Sequence record: PQ657772.1 | DNA length: 64,000 nucleotides | Reading direction: 5' to 3' (one strand) | Shown here: one piece after another, positions 9,958 to 18,425 of the stretch | How positions within the stretch are numbered: position 1 is the first letter of the stretch | Layout of the letters: each line of letters begins with the position of its first letter | The notes under the pieces: model-generated | The model's input: only the letters and a program-made list of their open reading frames with translations | Told to the model about the DNA's origin: nothing | Database searches by the model: none | Position numbers and translations under genes: made by a program

Positions 9958-10234
9958 AATTTATTCCTTCTAACTGATATACGTTTAATGAAAATGACCC
10001 ACTATTATTATCGCATCTGAAACACAGTGTTAAAGAACCATTAAAACTAACAACATCAGTACATATACATTTTTCACCATTGGATATGATAGATTTTCCT
10101 ATATATAAATCTCTTACTATAGTACGGTAATGTTGCCATAAAAAATAATACACACTTTCATAGTACTCATCTTTTACATATGACAAGTATAAGAATTTAT
10201 AAAATACTTGTATTTCCTTTAAGTTGTTTTTCAT
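9950..10234 (-). CDS. QFTY-type small protein family member
   Basis: EIQVFYKFLY. Confidence 0.72.
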   Translation of the reverse strand: MKNNLKEIQVFYKFLYLSYVKDEYYESVYYFLWQHYRTIVRDLYIGKSIISNGEKCICTDVVSFNGSLTLCFRCDNNSGSFSLNVYQLEGINFE

Positions 10235-10508
10235 TCTCCAACTCCAGTAAATTTACACCAATCCAATCAACATCACTATCAGTACTTAATTCCAATCGTA
10301 GCTTACCGCTATGACTAACAATATCGCGGAATTTGTATATTTTATTATCACGAACTATACACAAATCATGGTAATATTCATGTAATTCATCCAAAAACTT
10401 TATCCATACCGAACGATAGATTTCACCGTAGAGATATTCTCCAGCATCAACCGTAGCGTATTGGATATACAAAAATTTGTATGTGAATTGTATATCATTA
10501 AGATTCAT
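10197..10508 (-). CDS. QFTY-type small protein family member
   Basis: MNLNDIQFTYKFLY. Confidence 0.75.
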   Translation of the reverse strand: MNLNDIQFTYKFLYIQYATVDAGEYLYGEIYRSVWIKFLDELHEYYHDLCIVRDNKIYKFRDIVSHSGKLRLELSTDSDVDWIGVNLLELENEKQLKGNTSIL

Positions 10509-10518
10509 ATGTCAATCC

Positions 10519-10830
10519 TTATAGGTCTGTCAACTTCAAAACTTTGATCTCCATAAATTCCCTATCAGTTTTTTCAAGAAATTCAACATGGATAATACCT
10601 TGATAAGATTTTACACCTGAATATTCAAATATGTCATCTCCATCAGTGTAAGTACTGTAATTCTTTTTTATATATTCAGCAATAGAATCTAAGTAATCAT
10701 AGTAATTATTAATAAATGGTGATTCTTTTGATTCGACATGTTCACCAATCTTCCCACTAAAAAGATACATGTCATACAAACCATATATATTTTTATACGT
10801 GAATTGAACATCATTCAAATTTAATTTCAA
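10519..10830 (-). CDS. QFTY-type small protein family member
   Basis: LNLNDVQFTYKNIY. Confidence 0.75.
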   Translation of the reverse strand: MKLNLNDVQFTYKNIYGLYDMYLFSGKIGEHVESKESPFINNYYDYLDSIAEYIKKNYSTYTDGDDIFEYSGVKSYQGIIHVEFLEKTDREFMEIKVLKLTDL

Positions 10831-11087
10831 GGGAATATCTCCAGAGGAACACTCGTAAATCCAAAATCAGTGTAGAACTGGACCTCTACTTTACCATCGA
10901 GCTTAATGATTATATCTGAAAATTCTGCATGATCGTTGTTGATCATTACAGTACTGAATTTTTCTTTAATCCTCTCACGCACAATATTAATCATTTCAAT
11001 ACATGTATCTTCTAAAAATATACTATTATTTTTATTTGCTAGGTCACGAATGCACTTGAATGTTAATTGGAAATCTTTATAATTCAT
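10827..11087 (-). CDS. QFTY-type small protein family member
   Basis: MNYKDFQLTFKCI. Confidence 0.75.
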   Translation of the reverse strand: MNYKDFQLTFKCIRDLANKNNSIFLEDTCIEMINIVRERIKEKFSTVMINNDHAEFSDIIIKLDGKVEVQFYTDFGFTSVPLEIFP

Positions 11088-11353
11088 ATATTCACCAAAT
11101 CAACAGAGAATAAGTCGTTATCAAATTTATATGAAAGTACTAATCTACCACCAAAACTATCGACTCTAAGTATCTTTCGTTTTTTCCCATTAATGAAAAT
11201 TTCAGTATTAACAAAATACTCACGTAATTCTTCTAGGTAATTTGACCATAATTTATGAGTAAACGCATTTTTATTAATTGTGTTAGTACTTCTATTATTG
11301 TGGTGTAATTTAAATAATTCCATATAAGTGAATTGTATATGTTTGTAATTCAT
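11084..11353 (-). CDS. QFTY-type small protein family member
   Basis: MNYKHIQFTYMEL. Confidence 0.75.
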   Translation of the reverse strand: MNYKHIQFTYMELFKLHHNNRSTNTINKNAFTHKLWSNYLEELREYFVNTEIFINGKKRKILRVDSFGGRLVLSYKFDNDLFSVDLVNI

Positions 11354-11365
11354 ATTTCCCCTTAC

Positions 11366-11394
11366 AAAAATAGCCCGAACTTATGTCGGGCTAT
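11366..11394 (-). terminator. Intrinsic terminator
   Basis: ATAGCCCGAC-ATAA-GTTCGGGCTAT then TTTT. Confidence 0.8.
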
Positions 11395-11399
11395 ATGTA

Positions 11400-12014
11400 T
11401 TATTCATCGTCATCATCGTCGTCGAGATCTAGGTAAATGTCAGCATCACCATCATCGAAGTACTCAACAACTACACCAGGAATGTTCAGTGCTGTAAACA
11501 TCGCATCATATTTTTCATCAGATGGGATAAGAACAAACTCATCAATGCTTTGAATTTCAGGCATACGATCTTCAGGAATACCCATTTGCAACAAGGATTG
11601 GATGATTTTTTCCTTGTATTCTTGGAACTTCTCTTCTGATTCGAAATCCATAATAAGTTGTGCTACATAACCATCTTCGTTACCAAATGCGATTGACATT
11701 TGTGCATCAGTACCGACATATGACCATGTACGCTTGCCAGTATTTTTCTCAATGAAGTTCTGAATTTCAAGAACGATTTCATGACGAGAACTATTGGCAA
11801 TGTTGTTAAGGTTAGCAACACCAGCAATAATTTCTGAACTGTCATTGGATTCTTCGAATGTGCCATAGTCACCTAATACATATTGAACACCATCACAATG
11901 TAATGCATATGCATAATCCAAATCAGCAAGTGAATCACACTTACCACGGATTGGGCGTAGGGAAAGCCCTAGGCGAAGATAACGAAAGTATGTATTAGTA
12001 TTTGTATTTGTCAA
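11400..12014 (-). CDS. Hypothetical protein with acidic C-terminal tail
   Basis: Probable TTG start 7 nt after AAGGAG; ends DLDDDDDDE. Confidence 0.72.
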   Translation of the reverse strand: MTNTNTNTYFRYLRLGLSLRPIRGKCDSLADLDYAYALHCDGVQYVLGDYGTFEESNDSSEIIAGVANLNNIANSSRHEIVLEIQNFIEKNTGKRTWSYVGTDAQMSIAFGNEDGYVAQLIMDFESEEKFQEYKEKIIQSLLQMGIPEDRMPEIQSIDEFVLIPSDEKYDAMFTALNIPGVVVEYFDDGDADIYLDLDDDDDDE

Positions 12015-12303
12015 CGTAATGCTCCTTAACAATATAAAAGTAGTTGCTGTTGTTGTCAAAAAAGATGACTAATCCTTTGTAGACATTTACACCAATCTTG
12101 ATTTGGCATATTTTATTCGATTTACAAGCCTCAGTCAATAACATTTTGTGCTCTTTACTGAAAGTGTGGAAGAGTGGTTTTACATGCCACATCTCCACAC
12201 CATCTAGTACTGGAAAATGTTCACTGAATTTGATCATTGATTCTTGCAAAAAATAACCTGTTAGATTCGAATCATCAGACATGTAAGTTCGCCAGGAAGT
12301 CAA
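11995..12303 (-). CDS. Hypothetical protein
   Basis: Tiling ORF (start possibly MSDDSN). Confidence 0.65.
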   Translation of the reverse strand: MTSWRTYMSDDSNLTGYFLQESMIKFSEHFPVLDGVEMWHVKPLFHTFSKEHKMLLTEACKSNKICQIKIGVNVYKGLVIFFDNNSNYFYIVKEHYVDKYKY

Positions 12304-12568
12304 TTACTTCGTCATGTGTTAACTTATCACTACGCTCTAGAACATTGATGATGAATGGTGTTTGACTATATAATTCAGCCAGAAACGCAACTTCATCAGA
12401 TGTATAAGAATATCCCATAGGAACAACTTGTGCAGTCCAGTTTCCTAAAGTTTTGTTTGCAATGATTGCAACCACCGTATTACCTTTGAATTCAACATGG
12501 ATTGAACGGAAACCCGAATCCTCATTCTGATCCCAAAGTACTGGGTTAGTTTTAAACAGTACTGACAT
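12275..12568 (-). CDS. Hypothetical protein
   Basis: GAGG RBS, tiling ORF. Confidence 0.75.
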   Translation of the reverse strand: MSVLFKTNPVLWDQNEDSGFRSIHVEFKGNTVVAIIANKTLGNWTAQVVPMGYSYTSDEVAFLAELYSQTPFIINVLERSDKLTHDEVIDFLANLHV

Positions 12569-12570
12569 AG

Positions 12571-13104
12571 TTATTTCCTCATGTATTTTATTACATCTTC
12601 AAATAGTTTAGTTTTCAGTGCATCATCATTACCAGGTAGAAAAGTACTGAAGCTATTAAAATCTTCATTTTTGGCAAACTCACGCATCTGTGTGGAACTG
12701 TAGCGACTTACATTTCGGTCAATTCCAGCTTGAACTGCCTTGATTGAACAAAAATTATATAACTTCCCATTGTACGTGTCAAGTGTTTTTTGGAATGGTT
12801 CAAGTCTATCTGAACCACATATGAAAAGAACATCTAAGTACTTTCCATCCAGTTCTCTCATTATATCAAACAGATTATCTTCTGTATAGATATTTTCTTG
12901 TACAGATGGGTAAAATCCTTCTGTATAGTACATTTTCAGTTCAGGAGGTAATGGGTTTTTGACGGCATCAGTACTGGTACTAAGGAATATTTTCAAATCA
13001 GCATTGTACTGTTCTTGTAGTGCTTGAGCTTTTTCAAACACTAAACCATGACCTCGATGTACAGGGTTAATTCTTCCGAATGTCACTACGCATGTTTCTT
13101 TCAT
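12571..13104 (-). CDS. HxGH nucleotidyltransferase (phage cytidyltransferase-like; NadD/PPAT superfamily)
   Basis: TFGRINPVHRGH, KNPL, GSDR, SSTQMRE motifs. Confidence 0.8.
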   Translation of the reverse strand: MKETCVVTFGRINPVHRGHGLVFEKAQALQEQYNADLKIFLSTSTDAVKNPLPPELKMYYTEGFYPSVQENIYTEDNLFDIMRELDGKYLDVLFICGSDRLEPFQKTLDTYNGKLYNFCSIKAVQAGIDRNVSRYSSTQMREFAKNEDFNSFSTFLPGNDDALKTKLFEDVIKYMRK

Positions 13105-13625
13105 ATGTTCTTCATCACCTGACCAATAGATTTAAGATGGTTGATTTTAGCTGGAGTCAAATACTTATCCAGTACTATTAAACAACTAGGGAATGGAGCA
13201 CTGTCAGTCTTTTTATCTGGTTCTTCAGGGATACCGAACTTTAAGCGACCTTTTATAAAACAAATACAATCACAAACTTTCGCAGCATAATCCTGAAAGG
13301 CTATAGTATCAGTTCTTGATGGTACGAGAATCAGTACTGTAGCACCTTTGTTATATGCATCAACTGCCTTAGATAACCACGTTTTCAAATCACTGTACGG
13401 TGGGTTGAGCCACACGATATTGTTTCCCCAGTCCTGTTCAAGTGAATTGTCTTCTGGTGTAAAGAACTTATCACACAATGCAGTTTCTTTGACACACGCT
13501 GCATCTAGTGTAAATTCCCAGAGTTCATCCAAATCTTCAAAGAAATCCTTTGGAGTAGTCCAGTTATCTTTTCCAGTACTGAAATGTACTGATTGTTTTT
13601 TCTTCGAAGCATCCTTCTTCGACAT
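13101..13625 (-). CDS. Phage DNA N6-adenine methyltransferase (small phage Dam-like family)
   Basis: WTTP, FTLDAAC, VWLNPPYS, LVPSRTDT, FIKGRLKF, APFPSC. Confidence 0.88.
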   Translation of the reverse strand: MSKKDASKKKQSVHFSTGKDNWTTPKDFFEDLDELWEFTLDAACVKETALCDKFFTPEDNSLEQDWGNNIVWLNPPYSDLKTWLSKAVDAYNKGATVLILVPSRTDTIAFQDYAAKVCDCICFIKGRLKFGIPEEPDKKTDSAPFPSCLIVLDKYLTPAKINHLKSIGQVMKNI

Positions 13626-13641
13626 ACATAATTTCCTTTGA

Positions 13642-14238
13642 TTATAGACAGTTAAGTACTATGTCATCAAAAGTACTACTGTCAATGTTGTATTCATATA
13701 AAAATTTAAAATGTGATCCATAACGCATCATCAGATTAAACTCTTCTTCAGTATTAAATTTGTAATCATGAAGAGTTTCAAGGGTACATGTTAAACCTAA
13801 AAACTCAATAATTTCTGATGTTACATCATTTCCTGAATTGAAGTATTTAACCCAAACACATTTTCCTTGTGGGTTGAATTTTCTATATTCTCCTTCTAGT
13901 TCTCCATTGACGATATGTGCTTTCGCACTGATTAGATTATTACTATAACGCTCTTCGTAGTAGTTCCCATAACGAGCTTTAAGAATTGTAGGCTTCTTGG
14001 TTGGGAATAACTTAATGGAAGTTAATTCAAAACCGCACTGCAACTCTTTGATGTACGAAATACATCCCTTTTCTTTAATCACAACAAAACCAGTAAAATT
14101 CTCTTGGTCTTGGTTCTGATTGTCTGAATCAACAAATTCTAGTGTTTTATAAGTGACGCTTTTAGATTTTTTAATAAATGACATCATTATTCCTATGGAA
14201 ACATCAATGACTGTACATGGCGTTGACTTCATCAACAC
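13642..14238 (-). CDS. Protein with MORN-like repeat and degenerate FQxS motif
   Basis: GELEGEYRKFNPQGK.....YFNSG; NTEEEFNLMMRYG. Confidence 0.6.
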   Translation of the reverse strand: MLMKSTPCTVIDVSIGIMMSFIKKSKSVTYKTLEFVDSDNQNQDQENFTGFVVIKEKGCISYIKELQCGFELTSIKLFPTKKPTILKARYGNYYEERYSNNLISAKAHIVNGELEGEYRKFNPQGKCVWVKYFNSGNDVTSEIIEFLGLTCTLETLHDYKFNTEEEFNLMMRYGSHFKFLYEYNIDSSTFDDIVLNCL

Positions 14239-14245
14239 CAGTCGA

Positions 14246-14274
14246 ATTATACACGCTTCGCATGTCTAATTCAA
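14246..14274 (-). promoter_or_regulatory. Sigma70-type promoter
   Basis: TTGAAT-17 nt-TATAAT upstream of 13642..14238. Confidence 0.6.
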
Positions 14275-14289
14275 CGAAAGTACTATGAT

Positions 14290-14806
14290 TTGTTTTAATT
14301 AATATTGACGGGGTTTGCTTGAGCATATTTCATCCCCCCGCAGGGGAAAGAACAAAAAAAGTTTGACGCTGGTGGCCTTCACATAGTTCATATCACGAAT
14401 TCTCTTACGAGGCGAAAGCGGGTTGCTCTGTTTCTCTCTATCGCGGTTCTTGTAGCAACGGTCGTCGGTCTTAAACATCCCGACACATAATACAAATACC
14501 ATATGACCAGTACTTGTATTTGATTTCACGAATTTTGGACGCAACTATATTGTATAAATTACGACCGCAAATTTCTCATGAAATCTCCCTTAGATAATTG
14601 GTAAGGTGCGATCCTTATATGTCTATCGAGGAACTCTCTTTATCCTATTGGAGTTCTTTATACAGCCGCATTGCCGTGAGTGGTTCAAACTATGCCATCA
14701 TCTAACGGGTTTCATTTGCTGTTCGTACTGAAAGGACTACTCATCTACCCTCTACTTTTCGAGTGGATTAGGCTTTAATCATTTCCATATGGAACCTTTC
14801 AGGATT
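14290..14806 (-). ncRNA. Candidate large structured non-coding RNA (about 500 nt, family not identified)
   Basis: Largest gap lacking a convincing gene, GC-enriched; many local and long-range helices whose G-U pairs favour the minus strand. Confidence 0.6.
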
Positions 14807-14840
14807 AAAAAAAGGCGACAACATATTCTGCTGTCACCTT
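14807..14840 (-). terminator. Intrinsic terminator / leader hairpin upstream of the candidate ncRNA
   Basis: AAGGTGACAGC-AGAATAT-GTTGTCGCCTT plus TTTTT. Confidence 0.75.
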
Positions 14841-14842
14841 AC

Positions 14843-14870
14843 ATTATATCATAAACTTATGGTCTGTCTC
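14843..14870 (-). promoter_or_regulatory. Extended -10 promoter
   Basis: GAGACA-16 nt-TATAAT preceded by TGA. Confidence 0.5.
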
Positions 14871-15717
14871 AGTTGTATTCTGTTTTTTCAGTGAAATTAG
14901 TTAAGATATCTGCACTTAAGCTTCTCATAACCTCAATCTTACTTGGCATGAACCTGTGCTTGTTTTTTACATACAACTCATCATCTTCAATGAAAGATGT
15001 GAACATGAATACCATATCTTCACGTGGAATTGAGAGAATATTACAGTTTTCATTTTCAGCAACAGGGGAATCATTGTAGTACTTAGAGAATGCAGTACTT
15101 TGACGACCGATTATGATAGAATTTCGGATTAGAAAATTACTACAGTACTGAAAATCTTTGTAGTACTTGTCAAGGATATATGGCATTATCGCTTCTTTCA
15201 CTTCTTCATATCCATTGGTACTATCAATTTCAGTACAATAATCTTCTCGGTCTTTTTTCCCTCGATGATTATCAAACTCGTACTCAAAGAATAAATTTTC
15301 ATTTAATGAATCATTTGAACCAACTGATCCACTATAGTATGATTTTCTATCATTCATTCGATCATCCGGGCATGATGCATACATAGAAATGTCATGTGTT
15401 GACGTACCGATATAAATTTTCTTAGTAATGTGATTGTACGCGATGTAATCATAATCTTGTACTCCAGTTAGCATTAACTGGAACATCAATTCATCAGGAA
15501 CATCAATTAACGGGTACTCAAACTTCGAATATCTACTACGACAGAAATTCTTTTCAAATGCTCGATATGCGATGAAATCTTTTAGGTTTGTAATAGATTC
15601 ATGCTCATGTGTACTACTGGTGCGTACATTGACATTAGTAGACGAGCAATACCCTTCAGATTCTTCTGCGTAGTCATAATAACCCTTACTGTAGTCAACG
15701 ATTAGATAAAGTTTCAT
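14869..15717 (-). CDS. Hypothetical protein with FQxS-like motif
   Basis: GGAG RBS; PDELMFQLMLTG. Confidence 0.75.
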   Translation of the reverse strand: MKLYLIVDYSKGYYDYAEESEGYCSSTNVNVRTSSTHEHESITNLKDFIAYRAFEKNFCRSRYSKFEYPLIDVPDELMFQLMLTGVQDYDYIAYNHITKKIYIGTSTHDISMYASCPDDRMNDRKSYYSGSVGSNDSLNENLFFEYEFDNHRGKKDREDYCTEIDSTNGYEEVKEAIMPYILDKYYKDFQYCSNFLIRNSIIIGRQSTAFSKYYNDSPVAENENCNILSIPREDMVFMFTSFIEDDELYVKNKHRFMPSKIEVMRSLSADILTNFTEKTEYN

Positions 15718-15729
15718 ATATCTCCAGAC

Positions 15730-15762
15730 AAAAAAAGGACGAGATATTATATCCCGTCCTTT
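15730..15762 (-). terminator. Intrinsic terminator
   Basis: AAAGGACGGGAT-ATAAT-ATCTCGTCCTTT then T run. Confidence 0.8.
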
Positions 15763-15768
15763 GGTTTA

Positions 15769-16074
15769 TTAGTGGCTTGCCCAGCAGTAAACAGGACGTA
15801 GATTTTCCATTGGGTTTACTTCAGGCTTCAGTACTGTAACACGAACTTCATACGGAGTACCATCTGCATGATGGAACGTTTCGTAATGAATACTCTCAAT
15901 GAAGGTTTCATATTCTTCTTGAGAACGTGAACGAACTGATGGGGAATATTTCTTTTTGGTATCTGATTTTAGTGTAACACTTACTAGTTCTGATTCTTCA
16001 CCATTTTCAAGTTTATTGAAATCGAACTCTGGTACACCTTCAAACATATCAAATTTCATTCCGTTGTCTTCCAT
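15769..16074 (-). CDS. Hypothetical acidic protein
   Basis: AAGGA RBS. Confidence 0.75.
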   Translation of the reverse strand: MEDNGMKFDMFEGVPEFDFNKLENGEESELVSVTLKSDTKKKYSPSVRSRSQEEYETFIESIHYETFHHADGTPYEVRVTVLKPEVNPMENLRPVYCWASH

Positions 16075-16125
16075 TTTAAATTCCTTTTTATATAATGTTA
16101 GTTAGATAGTTTTTAATAAATCAGA

Positions 16126-16512
16126 TTAGATTACGTCATACGGTAGAGTACCGTGACGGAATTTATCAAGTTGTGCAAGAACTTCTTTACGTTCGACAAT
16201 CTCTGGCACATCTTCTTGCAGTTGGTCACATACTTCAACGATGAAATCCCAATCGCTCTCACAACTCACACGTACTGCTTCAATTGTTTTCCAATCAGCA
16301 CTAATTTCACCTTCAGGATTTACATACGAAGGCCATACCTTTCCATAGTCTTGTACTGATTTGTCGTTAAGAACACGAATAGCATTGAAAATCTGTCCAG
16401 TACTGAAGTGTTTAGTATTCTTCATGTCTTCTAAGCAACATAGCTTAGGTTCACCCTGGACTTCAATCAGAAGTACACCACCAATAGCTTTTAGAACAGA
16501 ACTTGTATTCAT
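16126..16512 (-). CDS. Hypothetical protein
   Basis: GGAG RBS. Confidence 0.78.
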   Translation of the reverse strand: MNTSSVLKAIGGVLLIEVQGEPKLCCLEDMKNTKHFSTGQIFNAIRVLNDKSVQDYGKVWPSYVNPEGEISADWKTIEAVRVSCESDWDFIVEVCDQLQEDVPEIVERKEVLAQLDKFRHGTLPYDVI

Positions 16513-16529
16513 CTATATCTCCATTTATC

Positions 16530-16575
16530 AAAAAAAGATGTGAACATTATATCACAAGGAATTGTCATGTCCACA
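16530..16575 (-). promoter_or_regulatory. Promoter embedded in a terminator-like hairpin
   Basis: TGGACA-16 nt-TATAAT; TGTGGACAT pairs with ATGTTCACA, followed by TCTTTTTTT. Confidence 0.55.
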
Positions 16576-16583
16576 ATATTTTA

Positions 16584-16877
16584 TCAAATAGTCAAACTTT
16601 CGTGCCAGTTATTGAAATCGTTAATAGCCAGCATGAACATATTCTCATCATTAAATTCTAGAATATGTTCATTGTATAAGTAGCTAATGTACTTATTACT
16701 ACAATGTTTGCTATTCATAATTAGCATTTCAACTGCACGTTCATACGAACATGGGCTGAGATACAATTTTGTTCCATCAGGATGCTCAATCTCCACTGCA
16801 CCAGGTGGAATAAAACGTTCACCAGTATAAGGGATATACGGCTCTGTTTTGAAAATAAGTTTGAATTTAGTATCCAT
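16584..16877 (-). CDS. Hypothetical protein
   Basis: GGAGGA RBS; NDENMFML degenerate motif. Confidence 0.75.
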   Translation of the reverse strand: MDTKFKLIFKTEPYIPYTGERFIPPGAVEIEHPDGTKLYLSPCSYERAVEMLIMNSKHCSNKYISYLYNEHILEFNDENMFMLAINDFNNWHESLTI

Positions 16878-16893
16878 ACCAAATCCTCCATAA

Positions 16894-17742
16894 TTACATT
16901 GTTTCTTTTATGTTGCGTAACATAGTATTAACTATGTTCATCTTCCCGCCTAACTTGAAGTAATATTCCAATTTATTAATAATATTACTTTTTAATATCT
17001 CAAATATTTGATATTCATTTGTTTCGAAACCAAGTTCGAATTGGAAAGTATATAAATTGTTGAATAGATGTACCAACGATGCATCAGGTGATTCCATTGT
17101 AAATGTGTAGTTGGTACGATAACCAGTACTAATCACCACTTCCGATGATTCACCTTTCATGAATATGTCAATATTATACATCATTGGGCGACCAGTTGCA
17201 ATATCTTTCATTCGGAAGAATGCAGTACTACGATACACAACACCATCTTCGGTAACCTTTTCTTGTATAGTGATATTTGAAACTTCACTCTCTTTGAATT
17301 TGGATTCGAATGAATGAATACGATTTGATTTTTCATCATCCGTATACATAGTGCATGTATATTTTCCAAAATCATCTCTAGATGTATATGATTTATCGCT
17401 GGCGGTTTTATAAAACGAAACCCCATTGATGTGTTCTTCTTTGTACATCATTGTGTCATTGGATTTGTAGTATGAACAATTAGGTGTTGAAAGAGATTCA
17501 AAATTGTTCACATCATGACAGTAAGAAATAGAAGAATCGCTATACAGTACTACATCACGAATTGCAACTTCTTTTGAAGTACCTTTTTTGACAGAAATTT
17601 GAAAGTCATTGCATGGGAAGATTCTATATCCATCGTATGTATCTGATGTACTGATACCAAATGGTGTTGGGGAATTCAGAAATTCGTTGATATGTTCAAG
17701 TACTGAATACTTTTTGAAATTACGAAAATCTGTTGTATCCAT
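16894..17742 (-). CDS. Hypothetical protein
   Basis: 282-aa ORF, AGGAG RBS. Confidence 0.8.
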   Translation of the reverse strand: MDTTDFRNFKKYSVLEHINEFLNSPTPFGISTSDTYDGYRIFPCNDFQISVKKGTSKEVAIRDVVLYSDSSISYCHDVNNFESLSTPNCSYYKSNDTMMYKEEHINGVSFYKTASDKSYTSRDDFGKYTCTMYTDDEKSNRIHSFESKFKESEVSNITIQEKVTEDGVVYRSTAFFRMKDIATGRPMMYNIDIFMKGESSEVVISTGYRTNYTFTMESPDASLVHLFNNLYTFQFELGFETNEYQIFEILKSNIINKLEYYFKLGGKMNIVNTMLRNIKETM

Positions 17743-17769
17743 AGTAATACAATCTCCTAAATTTCGGAC

Positions 17770-17798
17770 AAAAAATTAGTCGAGAATAAATCTCGACT
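17770..17798 (-). terminator. Intrinsic terminator
   Basis: AGTCGAGA-TTTAT-TCTCGACT then AATTTTTT. Confidence 0.65.
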
Positions 17799-17907
17799 TG
17801 TGTTTTACTTTACCATTCTTCATTGCTTTTTTACGGTCCACATGTGTTTGAGGTTTATTAAACTCATTCATATGCTTTTGTACAAAGTTGTTTACATTTT
17901 TAGCCAT
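17776..17907 (-). CDS. 43-aa basic protein (not in ORF track)
   Basis: GGAG RBS; MAKNVNNFVQKHMNEFNKPQTHVDRKKAMKNGKVKHKSRFILD. Confidence 0.7.
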   Translation of the reverse strand: MAKNVNNFVQKHMNEFNKPQTHVDRKKAMKNGKVKHKSRFILD

Positions 17908-17909
17908 AC

Positions 17910-18383
17910 TTACTCCAAATCGGGATCTTTAACTGTTAGGCTTTCAATATCACTTGCGTAAAGAACTACATTAGTTTGTGTCTCTGATACTTTAAAATCA
18001 TGATAACTATCTTTCACTTTAAAATTATCCAAAATAAACCCTTTACTACAACACATCATGATTTTATCATCTTTGATAGTGTATGTATTCTTTTTCTTAC
18101 GTACTTCAGATTGTGGGGTAATATTATCATTGTTACGAATAACACAATCAATGTACTCGTCATTTGTACTCATAGGCATACCCATGATAAACGAATTACT
18201 AGTACTGATTGTTAGTATGAAAACATTAGTATTTGGATTGTGAAAGAAGTCGTGCATAGTTTTACTGCATAAAAACAAGCACTGAATTATGTCCTTTACA
18301 TTGAACATTATATCATGAACTTTGAATGCGTCCAACTCTAAAATGTCATCTATCTTTCCATTCTCAACAGTTTTAATCTCCAT
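17910..18383 (-). CDS. Hypothetical protein
   Basis: AAGGA RBS. Confidence 0.75.
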   Translation of the reverse strand: MEIKTVENGKIDDILELDAFKVHDIMFNVKDIIQCLFLCSKTMHDFFHNPNTNVFILTISTSNSFIMGMPMSTNDEYIDCVIRNNDNITPQSEVRKKKNTYTIKDDKIMMCCSKGFILDNFKVKDSYHDFKVSETQTNVVLYASDIESLTVKDPDLE

Positions 18384-18425
18384 GATCTATCCTTGATCTT
18401 CAAAGGCACTCCATGTGCACATATA

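Noticed and set aside
14299-14544. 81-aa ORF MRPKFVKS...
   Set aside because: No RBS, atypical composition, and it overlaps helices better explained as RNA structure
14290-14806. tRNA, tmRNA, RNase P RNA or group I/II intron identity for the structured region
   Set aside because: A GCCACCA and an ACAGA..ACCCG resemblance exist, but there is no T-loop, G3:U70 acceptor stem or P4 pairing. P/Q/R/S-like words are out of order, there is no domain V, and it interrupts no gene
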